A DNA stretch of 64,000 nt from Podarcis vaucheri (taxonomy: Eukaryota), in assembly GCA_965113315.1 (NCBI GenBank), contig OZ220374.1, one strand, 5' to 3'. The translations under genes and the position numbers were made by a program. Below are positions 13,531 through 26,045 of this stretch, in pieces. The notes beneath the pieces are model-generated. The model saw only the letters and a program-made list of their open reading frames with translations, made no database searches and had not been told where the DNA came from. Position 1 is the first letter of the stretch, and the number at the start of each line of letters is the position of its first letter.

Positions 13531-16500
13531 GCTCCTGGATTCTCTCCCTCCTTCCTTCCCTCCCAAAGACCCCACTGGTTGTTTTATGATAGGTGGGGGC
13601 GGGGGGAGGAAGGGGAAAGGCGCGTCAATAATGAAAGTGGATGTTTCTAATCTATTGACGAGGATAGAGTTCGTTTCGTTTTAGTTTTGTAGCGAAGCAG
13701 AAGTCTTTCCTGGATATTTCCACACACACACACACCCATTCCTGCGTTGCATACGTTTAATTCTTAAACTCCAAGCTCCGGGGAGGAAACGGTCTTGGCT
13801 GGTTTTCGCTGGCGAAATAGACCAAATATGGCGTGCAGGAAAAAGCCAGTGGTTTTTGCCGCTCTTGCTTCTGATTTCCGATTAAAGATCCCCGAAGAGC
13901 GCATCTTTTCCTCCGCCCCCTCTCCCTCCCTCCCTCCTCCCTCCCTCCCTCATCTCCTCATGCAGAGTGAGAGAAAAAGCCCCTCTTCGACGTAGTAAAG
14001 GTCAAGTCCTACAACGCACAAACCACGGTCATTACTGTACGGTGACCCATGGTGAATTGGGGAGGGAACGTCAGGGTGTCCCGCCATCAAAAACATTTGG
14101 ACTTTCCCTCTGGTGGGACTAGTGGGGGGAGGACACGTATGGGATTCCACCGCCCTTGAGTCTCGTTCCCTCACTTTCGTTGGCCTGATCCTCTCCATCG
14201 GAACTTTAAGCAGCGGGATTTGAGAGGAGGAGAAGTCAACGTGAGATTTTGGGCGCATGTTCTGGCTCAAGTTCGTAACGAGGAGAAGCAGACTAACCTT
14301 AAGGGCTCTGCTTCCCTATCGTCGGATGATTCAAAACCCGGAGGGGGTCAATCCAGCTTTATTAGCATACCGGCTCTCCCGGTCTCCCTCCTCCCTTAAC
14401 ATCCGAGTGGATCTGGAGCTTGAGAGGCGAGATCCGAAACCTGCTGGTCCAGTTCCTCTTTGATGTTTTGCGCCGGTAGACTGGATCTTGGAGAATGGGG
14501 TAAGATTATTCTGATAATCTCCACGCCCGTGACAATGCCATGCGAATATGAATATGTATGTATTCATAAAATTTCTGGTGCCGCTGCTGAATGCGTGGCT
14601 GCGATCGGTGTAGTCTAAATTGTCTTTCTATGAGTTTCTGTCTTTCCTTTTGTGGGATGTATTGCAGTATTATTCCCACACCTTCACCCCAAAGCCGTTA
14701 TTTCTTCACCACCCCTCTGCTTTGACGTTTCATATCTATCTGTCTATCGATGAATATAGATTAGATATAGATAATATTTGAAAAAGCACCAACATATTTC
14801 TTTTTACTAACCGCCCCCCTCCTTACCACCACCACCCCAAAAAACCATTTATTGGTTGGTGTTTATTATCTGGAAAGAGGGAAGCAACATTCCCTCTTTC
14901 CTGCAATTCGCCTACAATTTTATTCACGCCACAATTCGAGGTGCAATTTCAGCAAATCCCACCTCCCTCTCCCCACGCCGCCCCAAAATCTATTTGCCGT
15001 CAAATAGGAAGCTTTCGCAATGTGTGCCTGAATTTATTAATACAGCTTTTATTACAATTATTTATCTTTGGGACAGCATTCCTAGGCACAACAGGGAACA
15101 GCCCCGCTTTCTATAGTTCTGCTTAAGCCGCCTTCCATTTTGAGTATTTGGAACATCAGAAATATCCTCGTGGGGGTACCTCGTGGTTTAAAAGCCTTTT
15201 TTATCCGACCCTGGACTTTGGCGAGGGATGCCTCAGGGAAGATTTAGATGGCAATCGAAGACGCCTTGGTTTTTCCCCTGGTCTATAGTTAATGGTTTGC
15301 GTGTGACTAAATATAAACAAGGTTTACCGCAACAAGGAGACCCACTAGGGTGGACAGCTGTGTGGAGATAGGGACGGGGATGAGGAAATGTTAGATGAGG
15401 GCGCTGCCCCTCCGTGTGTATTTTTAGCCAATTTCTCCTGGCTGCTATTTTTCCGCTCGTTGCTGATGCAAAGACAGGATTATCAATCCGATTCAAACCC
15501 AGAGCACTACAGAGCAATTAATACGCGCTCTTATTGTTAACCTATTTATTCTGCTTGTTGTTATTCCCGCCCACTCTCTCATTATTGATGCAAATGATAC
15601 CAAAGTAATTGTGCGCGTGTGTAGATAGATACAGATACAGTTCAACCTCAATGCAGCTAAAGGGCTATAGCTATTTTCTCCGGCCCTGCAGCTCATTCGA
15701 ACGAGTTTATTCTGGCTATTATTATTTTTCGGGGCATTACTGAGGCAGTCTTGATGCAAACGATGCAGAAGAGCATAGGCGGGGCCAGAGCGGGACAAGA
15801 GCCCCCCCCCCAGTAGACCCCTCCATTCCCTATCATCCTTGCTTGACGCCCGTGGGAAAAGCGTATTCTATAACCCCCACCCCACCCCGCAGTGGGGTTA
15901 AGATTCCTTCCCATTCCCCGAATCCCTGTTTTAAACCTGTTTATCAATATGTTCATGCTCCTTTCTGGTGAAGACGATGCAAATGGTGCAGAAATGGACC
16001 TGACGGCCATACTAAATATTTGCAGTCACGCAGCTTTGCTTTGGTTCTTCGGGAAATAAATGCTCCTCCTTTCTGCCCCTTCCTATAATAATAGTATTCG
16101 GTGAGCAGCGAATGTATATTTAATCAGCGTGGTGAGAAAATGATATTCAGTTCTATCTTAGCCACGTTTACCCAGAATTAAGTTACAGTGAGATGAATGG
16201 AACCTTAGTCTCAAGTCAAAGCTCCTAGGATTGCGGGACGACGAGGCCCAATGAGAATACAGTAGTCTTATTCCCTTCTACTCCAGCTTAAATGGTCCGT
16301 GGTTTGCATTTTTCTCCAGTATTGCAGAGTAGCATTGCAAAAACGCAGGCAATTTGTTTGTTTGAAGGCCTTCAAAAATCTGAAGTTCGTATTCTGAAGC
16401 TACCGAGAAACTCTGGAGACGAGAAATATTGTATGTTAGGTGAATATGGCGATTATCAAGAATGGCTTTTACAGTGAGTTTGCAGCACAGAATAATGAGA

Positions 16501-19500
16501 AGCTTTGTGTCATCGCTTGGTGATTTAGGGAAAATAATAAACGTTTTCTTATTGGAACAAAATGTTGTTATAACAGGTCGTACTAATTCTACAGTTGTTT
16601 AAAAGCATATATTTTACCTCCCATGTGGGGAGTTAGAAAAGCATATATGTTATTGTACTTATTGTACCTAACAGGTGATTCAAATAATAACCGTTTATCA
16701 AATTACTTTTCTGTATCCAAAGAACAATATTAGTGAAATCACTGAAGGTACAACAGGTATAATGAAATAAAAAAATGTTTGCTCAAATATACAGTCTTGA
16801 ACAAGAAATAAATTTTCAATGTTGGGAATAGAGAAATGAAAGAAATTGAACGGTTTTTCATCCATTAAGTAAATAATGAAACAGAGCACGATCATTGCAT
16901 TAAAATGTTTTATTTTCGTGGATTTTGTTGATTAACAAACTTAAGGTCAAGTTCAAGGCATCACCTGTGACAATACGTCTAAATATGTCAAACTTGAAAT
17001 GTTGTCCTGCGGTTGTTTTGGTTGTTTATAAACGGGAATGGTCTCCTTTGCAGACCAGACATTGACCTCACGGTCTTTAGGAAAAACCACCAGGTTCAGA
17101 ATCCGTGGCTGGACTTCTCATTAGGATGTCAGAGGGTATTATGTATTTGAAATTTACAAGAGCGGTGTCCGTGTGTTTTACTCTCTTGAAGCAGCAGATC
17201 TGCTGGGGCAGATCCAGAGGCAACCTTGAAGGAAAAAATGCTAGAAATATAAATTCCAGTGCTGTGGTTTAACCGGCTGATGCTTATTACGTTCTGCAAT
17301 GGCTGATTTGTTAGGGATTTCGCGGATATGAACCGGGTGTGTTTTGTCCATTAAGGAACGTGCAGACCTTTCCACCTCTCCCGCTGCTGCTTTTTCTTCT
17401 CAAACCAAGTTAGCCGCTCTAAACACCTTGAGAACCTTGCATCTGGACGCTTTATGTATTGGGACTCAAAAGAAGACTTGTGAATCCTGTAATTGTGTGC
17501 GCTGCCCATATTTTCATTTAGTGGGGGAAGGAGAGTGGTCAAATAAATGTACACGCCAGAATGCACACGCAAAGCACAAGAGCATGAATATGTGGCTCCT
17601 TCTCCGGCCAGCCAGTCGGTTACAGAAACACCGACTGCAACATCTAAAGTAATACCTCAATTTTATTTGCAAACGTTTACGCAACGCTATGGAGTGTACA
17701 GTACAGTCGCCCTGTCTATCACAGAAGCTGTTGCTGAGTGCTATCATGAAACAAACGCTGCACTGAGGTGGACGAAAGGCATGCAGAAAATTCACATCTA
17801 CGACTGCCGTCTGTAAGCGGTATATTCGTATCTTGAAAGCACATGTAACACTGTTCATAGCTCCAAGGGTACTTACTTGGAAGCAGATTTCGTGGAAAGC
17901 GATGGGGCTTGCTTGGAAGCAAACGCAGTTTAAGATAGGGAAAGTGACAGGCGGGTTGGGGTGTCTAATAATCTTAATCAGGAAAGTCTATCTTTCTTGC
18001 TTAAACTAATGGCAGCTAAAAACCCTTAACTTGAACCTTGCCATTGTTTCCGGTGTCAAAGAAAGACTTCCAGTTTTAGATAGGATCGGGCCCATACTTT
18101 ATTTCTAATCAAATATGTATAGGGTCGGAATCAGTTAGCGCCATCTCATCAGGCAACAGAAATACATTTTCAAATGCATTTATTTGCTTTAATTTTTAAA
18201 GTAAATACTGACACCAGTATCTCTAGGGCAAATTGCAAGAAAAACCAGCACCTTACTCCACAATCTGTATTTTGTTAATATCCATTCACTGTTAGGGAAA
18301 TACAACCGAAGCTACTGTTTTAAACATATATTTCTTTTCAATATTCCTAATAATTGCTTCCAGGGACATGATCCAGTGTACAAGTGATTCTAAACCCCAG
18401 TGAGTTGAGTGGCAGAGAACAGGAGAAAATCTCTCACCACTGAAATAAGGGAGAATGAAAATGCTTAATTTTATCTGGTTCATGCCCTGTGAATTTATTT
18501 ATGTATTTCTGGGCCATTTCTATAACAGCAAGTGTGCATTTAAGAAGAACAGCAAATAGAGGGAAAATATTGGCCAATGGGACAGAATACATTTACAAGC
18601 ATAGTTTATAAATGGTTTTACAGCAATGGAACTTCGTTTACATAGCTGCTTTTGTTTTAAGTAATGGAAAATTCAAAGCCAGGAGTCACTTGCAGCATCG
18701 ACAACCCCACACCAACATCTCCCCTGATTGTCCATTTAGGTGCCATATGCAATCTACCTAGCTAATAGAGGGCATATACCCACAGTAACATGACAAATCC
18801 CACAGACCTAAACCCCATTTAAGTTCAGCGACGTGTACCGCCGTACATCTGAACTGAAGTTGAAAATAAAATAAAATTCTGCAGCATGGGCCCAATGGCA
18901 AAACACATTATACATTAAGAAAAAGACGTGATAAGCGAATTTTCACAAACATCTGCCAAATATATACCCATAAAGAAGCAACCGTTCTCTATAATATCGT
19001 ATACATCTGAGCGTCGGGCGCCTGGCATATAACCATACTAGACAATTTATAGGTAAGAAAGCGAAGAGGCATTTAACATATAATAAAGCGAGGTCTTTAG
19101 AGAACAAAGGGAGCATTTCGAATCTTTCTTCTTGTGCTCGTTACAAGGACGAAGAGAAAGCCTATAATCTTCCGGAATGGAAACCGTTCTTCCTCGTTTA
19201 GTGGACGCATGTGTTTTCCTATTTCCCCCACTTACGTGCACTGAATCCTTAAATCCTTAAATTGAGACCCTCGGTTTCTAACCCCAAACTAAACACCTCC
19301 GTGGTATCTACGTGGCTTTCGCACAAGGTGAATTGTGGGGATGGCGCAGGCTCAGGGGATGATCCTCAGCTCCTTTTCCCTCCTCCTACTCCGAATGTCA
19401 GCAGAGGAAGTCGCGGATATTGCATTCAAGGGGGGCCTTTTTTAAAAAAAGGAGAGCAAACAACTAAGCCCCTAAAATAGCCACCTTAACAGCAGGCTCA

Positions 19501-22500
19501 CCATAACTGAGGGCCCATTTGGAGGAGTTGGAGGCACACATTAGCGGCCTATCACTTAGCAGCAAATAAAGCAGAGATAAGTGTGCCTTGGGTGCCTACT
19601 AATTCTGAGACTAGCGGCACCCTTAAGTCTTGTCCCTTTGCATAATAGTCTTTAATGGCTTCACAAATGTAAGCGGTTGCCAGGAGTCAATGCATAGTGT
19701 GTGTCCCCCACCCCTCCTCCACCACACACACCGCCACCTCTTCCTTTGCACAAAAATGCAACTGCCCCCAAATCTCCGAGTATCTAATTCGTTTCCGAAA
19801 AACGAAAACCCATCACTAATATCCCAAGCCAGACAGGAGATGGCTGAAGGTGCAGACAACTGGACAGGCTTCCTTCATCCTATATCCTCCTCGCCGCCCC
19901 ATCTTAATTTCCCCTTTGTCTGAAAGGATTTGAACATGCAAGACTCTCGGTCACCCAAAGGACCTGGAGTCCTTCCGAACAACAAACCTTGGGCTTCCAA
20001 ACCTGCCCCCTTTTCACCTAAGGCTGCAGCAGACTTATTGAAACCAGCGAGGCGGGGAGGGGGGGGGAAATCCGTGTAGGTGGTTGTCTGTCTCCTGGCT
20101 TTCAGTCGGTCGGATCTGGCATGTCCGCTCAGAGACAAGCTGAAGTTGACTGCCAAAAGTGCCATAAAACCCCAGGCCAGTCTAGAACTGTTTTCGGTTC
20201 TCCTAGACGCGCCGGGTTCAATGAGAGCCTGTAAAAGTCACCCGCCCCCCACCCTCCATACAAGTGCAAGAAAGTTGTTTGCTAAGGCAGGAGAGGCGGA
20301 GCGAGTCTGGGCAATGGTGGCGCCTTTGTTATCACTGGGGAGGAAAAGGGGGGAGCCTTCAGAAACCCACTCTTGTCCAGTTGGAAGGGAAAGGAATCAA
20401 GCAATCTTTTCATAAATATATATGGTTTGGGTCCTGGGGCAGGGGATCTTCATTATGTATTTTCTACCATATGTATATATGGTACAAATGTAAGCTAGAT
20501 ACAGTTCTCAGGTACCTTGTTTTATTCGGGACGGAGGGAAAATAAAATCAAAAGGCTGTCGTTAAGGCCAATTTGGCAAGCATCAGTGTTGCATATTTCT
20601 GCACCTTACCTCCCCCCCTAAAAGAAAAGAAATAAAACAGTTTTATAGTCCCACACAGACCCAAGCAATCTGTAACTAGCCCTTTGATGACACGCTTATC
20701 TCTTATTTCCATCCACTCTCTTGGCAAATGCGACAAGGAGGGAGATTAATTAATAATTTCAAGTTCAGCTCACAACCGTTGAAGGCCCATAAAAGTTATT
20801 CCAGCGATCCAAAATAAAGAGTTCATTAAAGGGATATGTCCAAAGCGTTTGATTTGTGATTGGTAACCCTTGTAAAAAAAGAAGAAAAAGAAGAGGGGGG
20901 AGAGAAAAGAAAATAGGGAGCCAGAGAAAGAGAGAGGTAAAAGGCATATAAACATTAATGTTAATAAATTAGTTTACTCCGCTACAAAGTAATTACTAGA
21001 TATTATTGATATTTGCAGCTTCGTACAGTTAAATCGAACGCAGAGAAAATACATAATGAGGATTTTTTCCCCCTCCCAGGACCCAACATGATTAGATTTG
21101 TTATTGAGTCAGTTACGATAAGTTCAGCAATAAATAAACAAATCGATCTTGACATTCAAATCCCCGGATCTCCAGCATGTACAGTAGAACTTTGAGCTTC
21201 TGATGTATTAAAAAAAAAGAGGTTACATGGGTGGGTGGGTGGTAAAACAGCAATTTAAAAAAGGTACCCCCAAGAGATCATGACATCCCCTGGAATGATA
21301 TGTGCGCGGGGTTTTCTTTTTACACCAATTCCATAGTGAGTTGTCTGTGGCCTTGTGGTAGCTCTGTTCTCCCCACCCCACCCCCCGCTATAATCAGATC
21401 CAGCCAAAACATGGATCTTCCTAAAATTAAGCATAGTAAGAGGGCACACATAGGAAAGGGTGGGACATGGTTGCTGTAGGTTTTCCTGTCGCTTGGCAGG
21501 ATTATTCCACACACAGACACACACCACCAGCAGCACTTCCACCTGGTTTCCTTTTACTCTTGGGTGTGGACGCTACTTCTACACACAGCCAGTTGCCTTT
21601 TTTTCCTGCGCATGCTTCCTCGGAAGTAAGCTCCACTGAGCTCAATGAGCCTAAATCCTGAATCGGTGGAGTGGCCTTCCAGCCCTGATCACTTCTCTAT
21701 ACAGTCTTCCTCTCTATAAGGCCGCCTTTCCTCCGACTATAGTCAAAGCTTTAAAAAAAGAGGTCTTTCTGTAGACTGGGGTTAGTGCTATACAGTATAG
21801 AGCCACTAAGCAGTTAAACGTTAACGCTGAGATTCGGACCCGCCGAAATCCTGGCTCGTCTGCCTCCTATCCCTGCTAATTTTGCATATTTCTTGCTCGC
21901 AGATATATGTCTGGATTGGTGCATCTGACCAAGTGATTCCAGTCCACGCCAGTTTGTGCCATCGTGGAAACGCGTTGGCCTTAGAGGTGCCGCAAGATTC
22001 TTTCTTGCTGCGGCTCACCCGCTGGAATTCTAATGCTCCTCACGAGTCCCTTGCAATGAACGGCACTTACTTCCGAGGAACACCTTTCAGGATGGGGAGG
22101 GGGGCGCGCCTTGGGCTCATCCAACCTCGCTGTGGGTTTCTCAGGTAGGCAGCTGCCCTTAGGTCGCACGCTGCTCTTCCACCTGATGGGTTGCAATCCA
22201 AAGACGTCCTGGCATTGCATGTAATAATGGACAAATTTTTTTTTTAAAAAAATCGAGCAACTGGGGTTTCAAAGCGAGAGGAGGCCGGGGATGGGGAGGG
22301 AGTGTGTGCGCGCGGATCGGAGAGGAAAAGCCTTGTTAAGGGAGCATAAAAGACCGTGAAATGCCTAGAGCAGAGCTAGGATGAAGCAGCCCAGGCTCTC
22401 TGAGGTTAGTACGTAGGAAAGGAAGGCGTTTAAGCGCCTTCGGAAGTCGAACATGAACGCGAGCATGTCATCCATTCACCATGAAAATCAGTACAGACTT

Positions 22501-22827
22501 CGCCCTGGCACATTCTTCCCCGACCATGCCTTCGGAGAGAGAGAAAAACAAAAACCCCAGCAAGGATTGGCGAGTACCTTCCGGAAGAGCCCTTCCCAAG
22601 GACCCCGTCGCTTGCGGAGAAGCGCTTCCCAGAAGCCAAGATCTGGGCAGAATTAGGAGATTACACGGCATCTCATGAAAGCGACTCAACGTGCTTTTAA
22701 AGGGGTGGGGGTGGAAGGGAAGAGATGGTGCGGGGGAGAGGGAGAGAGATCCGTGGGCACTTCAGCGGGCTAATAGGCTCAAGATAGCTTGACTGCGCGC
22801 GCGGGTGGGAAGAGAAGGGCTGCAGGG

Positions 22828-22855
22828 CGAGAGAGAGAGCGAGGAAGGAAGAAAG

Positions 22856-22925
<70 letters not shown>
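22828..22925. repeat. (GAAA)n/(GA)n purine microsatellite upstream of HoxA11
   Basis: About 13 GAAA units flanked by GA repeats. Confidence 0.95.
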
Positions 22926-23149
22926 CCGGACAGAGGCCAGCAGTCTTTTCTGTCCTCCTTACTGTCCACGAGGCCCGCGTGAGTTGCACTTTAGATCTCG
23001 TGCTTTTTAGCCAGAAGACCAAAAGTGACGATCTGTTGCTTCCCCTGAGATGGCTACAAAAGAGGAGGGGGCGGGAAAAGCGGGGGGGGGGACAGGAGGG
23101 AAGGAGGGAGGGAGGGAGGGAGGGAGGGAGGGAGAGAGGGCCCATACTC

Positions 23150-23329
23150 GCAGCTTGTCAATTTCAACATTTGGTCACGTGACCAGCGCCTCCTTGCTAA
23201 GGATGGGGATAGATTTCCACGTCAGCTTTACGTCTCCAAATTTCTTACTTCACGGATCTGCTTCAAAGAGGCAGCTGCATTAGAGAATCATGTTAAGCTC
23301 GGCTAATGCGGAGAGCCCGAGGTAGCCTA
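23150..23329 (+). promoter_or_regulatory. HoxA11 proximal promoter and leader
   Basis: Perfect 14-bp palindrome TGGTCACGTGACCA at 23172-23185 (USF-type E-box) upstream of the CDS. Confidence 0.75.
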
Positions 23330-24113
23330 ATGATGGATTTTGATGAGCGTGTCCCTTGCTCGTCTAATATGTATTTGCCAAGTTGCACGTACTACGTGTC
23401 GGGTCCTGATTTCTCCAGCCTCCCTTCTTTCCTGCCCCAGACCCCGTCTTCTCGCCCCATGACATACTCCTACTCCTCCAACCTACCCCAGGTCCAACCC
23501 GTGCGGGAAGTCACCTTCCGCGAGTATGCCATTGATCCGGCTAGTAAATGGCACCACAGGAACAACCTCCCGCATTGCTACTCGGCCGAGGAGATCATGC
23601 ACAGAGACTGCCTGCCCGCCGCCGCCGCCAACACGGCCGCCAGCATGAGCGAGATGTTCGGGAAAAACACCGCCGCCGTCTATCACGGCCACCACCCGGC
23701 TACGACAGCCACCGCCGCCGCAGCCGCCGCAGCCGCCGCCAGCGTCTCCTCCAATTTCTATAGCACCGTGGGCAGGAACGGGGTGCTCCCGCAGGCTTTC
23801 GACCAGTTCTTCGAGACGGCTTATGGCACGGCCGACAGCCACTCGGACTATGCAGGCGAGAAGAACGGCGAGAAGATGCCCCCGGGAGGGGGAGCCGCTC
23901 CCGGGCCGGCCGCCGCCGCCGCTGCCGTCGGCGCAACGTCAAGTTCGGACGGGAGCTGCGCCAGGGACGCGGCATCCGCGGCGGCGGCGGCGGCGGCTGC
24001 AGCGAGCGCCGCGGCCTCGGCTGCGGAGGAGAAGGAGCGGCGGCGGCGGACGGAGAGCAGCAGCAGCCCGGCTTCGTCTTCCGGCAACAATGAGGAGAAA
24101 TCCAGCAGCTCCA
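23330..24113 (+). CDS. HOXA11: Homeobox protein Hox-A11, exon 1 (start at 23330 or 23333)
   Basis: [44 protein letters not shown]... is the HoxA11 N-terminus; donor A|GTACGT at 24113/24114 (phase 1). Confidence 0.97.
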
Positions 24114-24400
24114 GTACGTATAAAGGCAGCGCCCTGGCGCTTTTATGAAGCGGACTTGGAAATCTTAGCGCACCGCCGCTGTTAAATTTTTATATGCTGT
24201 TTTATAAGCATATAAGGTTTATGGAAGGGCCTGTAGATTTCCCCCAACAAAACTTTGTTATAAAAGGAGAGATCACGTGGCGGGGACTGAAATTGGCCGT
24301 GAAATACCCACCGGCCAATGGATGCCTTTTTAAAACAAAAAAAGGGAAAAAGGAAAATTCCCCCCCCCCTTAAATCATAAAAAAGAATAAAGAGAGAGAG
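24114..24400. promoter_or_regulatory. HoxA11 intronic element, candidate antisense promoter/enhancer
   Basis: Dense TTTTAT/ATAAAA/TTTATGG motifs plus CACGTG (24274-24279) and CCAAT near 24315. Confidence 0.55.
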
Positions 24401-25580
24401 AGAGGATGTTGGGGAGAGAAAGGCTCTGTGGTCAAACTCTTGAAAATATAATAACGCACGTTTTGCGCCTGTAAATGTACCCAAAAGGGGATTTCTGAGT
24501 CCTTTGATATCCATGTAATCCTGTGATTATTTTTCTTCTCTCTTTTTTTGGATTTTTTTTTTTATAAAAGCCATGTGTTGCCCCAGAAGCCTAGTTAGAA
24601 ACTTGGATTCAAAGCCATCCCAGTTTTTTAACGATTGCCCGGGAATAGCGTTTAGCAGAAAAACTAGCTGCCTGTACTGTAGCAATATAGTTAAAGCAAC
24701 AGATTAACCTAAAGCTGGCCTTTTTTTGTCTAAAGGAAGCCATTTTCCTAAGACAATGTGGCAAGTATGTGTTGCCTTCTGCCCAACAGTTTGCTACTTA
24801 CAATTGCTATTCAACCTGTCACTGCCTGGTTTTATTTTTTTAATGTAGATTTTTCTTGCTCCTCACCCCCTCACCTTCAAAAGCCTAGGAAAATAGCCTT
24901 GTAATGAGCTGTAACAGCAAATGGGGACGTGTTGTATGTGTGTTTGCAAGGAAATATAGCACCAATATTTAATGTAAAAAGCCTTTAAACATTAAAGGAG
25001 GGGGGCTATTAACCCCAGTGTGGCTATGAAGGAGCGAAAGGACTTGAGAGAATATAGCAGAGGGGTTAATTTTAAAACACCCCCCCCCCCAGATGCGAGT
25101 GATAAGATGTAATGAACTAGTGGTTGTCCAAGGCGCTGGGGTACTGTTTTGTTATTTTTAAACAAAAGGAAGCTGCACACAAAAGCAAAACCAAGTTTAA
25201 GATTAAAAAAAATCCTCGGTCAATGTACAGGAGCCCATTTGGCTTCTCAGATCCTGGTGTCATAATGTCCTTCAGGGGTGAAACAAGCGATGAAGCTCCC
25301 TATGTCCTCTCTTAAAACTGAGTTGCAAAACTGGGTTGCAAGAACAGTGTCACAGCTGGGTTAGGTCACAGAGAGTCTGCCATCAGCCTTCTTAACCTTC
25401 CCGCGCCAAGCATTGTATTATTCGGAGACTGCTTGTGCGATGTCCATCTAGATCTTGTGCATTCTGCTGACTAGAGAGTCAGTCGTTTGGACACCGTGGG
25501 TTTTAATTTCATAGCATAGCGCCTCAGGTGTACTGCCTGAAGTGATGCTTCGAAGTGAAGATGTTGGGATTTTGGAATAT

Positions 25581-25630
25581 TACATGCAAATATGTTCCTC
25601 AAATACATGCAAATATGTTCCTCAAATACA
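25581..25630 (+). repeat. Perfect 23-bp tandem duplication in the HoxA11 intron
   Basis: TACATGCAAATATGTTCCTCAAA x2 + TACA. Confidence 0.95.
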
Positions 25631-25812
25631 GGTCAGGCTAATACAGCCGCAGAACGGAACAGAGCGTCAACTTTACGTAGCTAATAAACAGGCCTTTTCT
25701 CAATGGTTCAACCCAAGAATGTCCCTTTATTAAATATGAATTGCAGTCGTCCCCCAGCCCTATCTGATCCCAGACTTAATGGCTTCTGCCTTTTATTTTT
25801 GTCATTCCACAG

Positions 25813-26045
25813 GTGGACAACGCACCCGTAAAAAGAGATGCCCATACACCAAATATCAGATTAGAGAATTAGAGAGGGAATTCTTCTTCAGTGTCTATAT
25901 AAACAAAGAGAAACGCCTCCAGCTCTCCCGAATGCTCAACTTGACCGACCGTCAAGTAAAAATATGGTTTCAAAACAGAAGAATGAAAGAGAAAAAAATT
26001 AACAGGGACCGATTACAATATTACTCAGCTAATCCACTACTTTAA
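25813..26045 (+). CDS. HOXA11: Hox-A11, exon 2 (homeodomain); spliced product about 338 aa
   Basis: Acceptor ccacag|GT; [29 protein letters not shown]...[13 protein letters not shown]. Confidence 0.98.

Noticed and set aside
18136-18154. CTCF-like CTGATGAGATGGCGCT on the minus strand
   Set aside because: Lacks the conserved C positions in the 5' half; too weak to call
5606-23000. Possible HoxA12 gene or remnant
   Set aside because: No homeobox-like ORF in the six-frame track; HoxA clusters lack paralog 12
22697-23182. KER-rich and FLS-rich ORFs upstream of HoxA11
   Set aside because: Translations of the GAAA microsatellite
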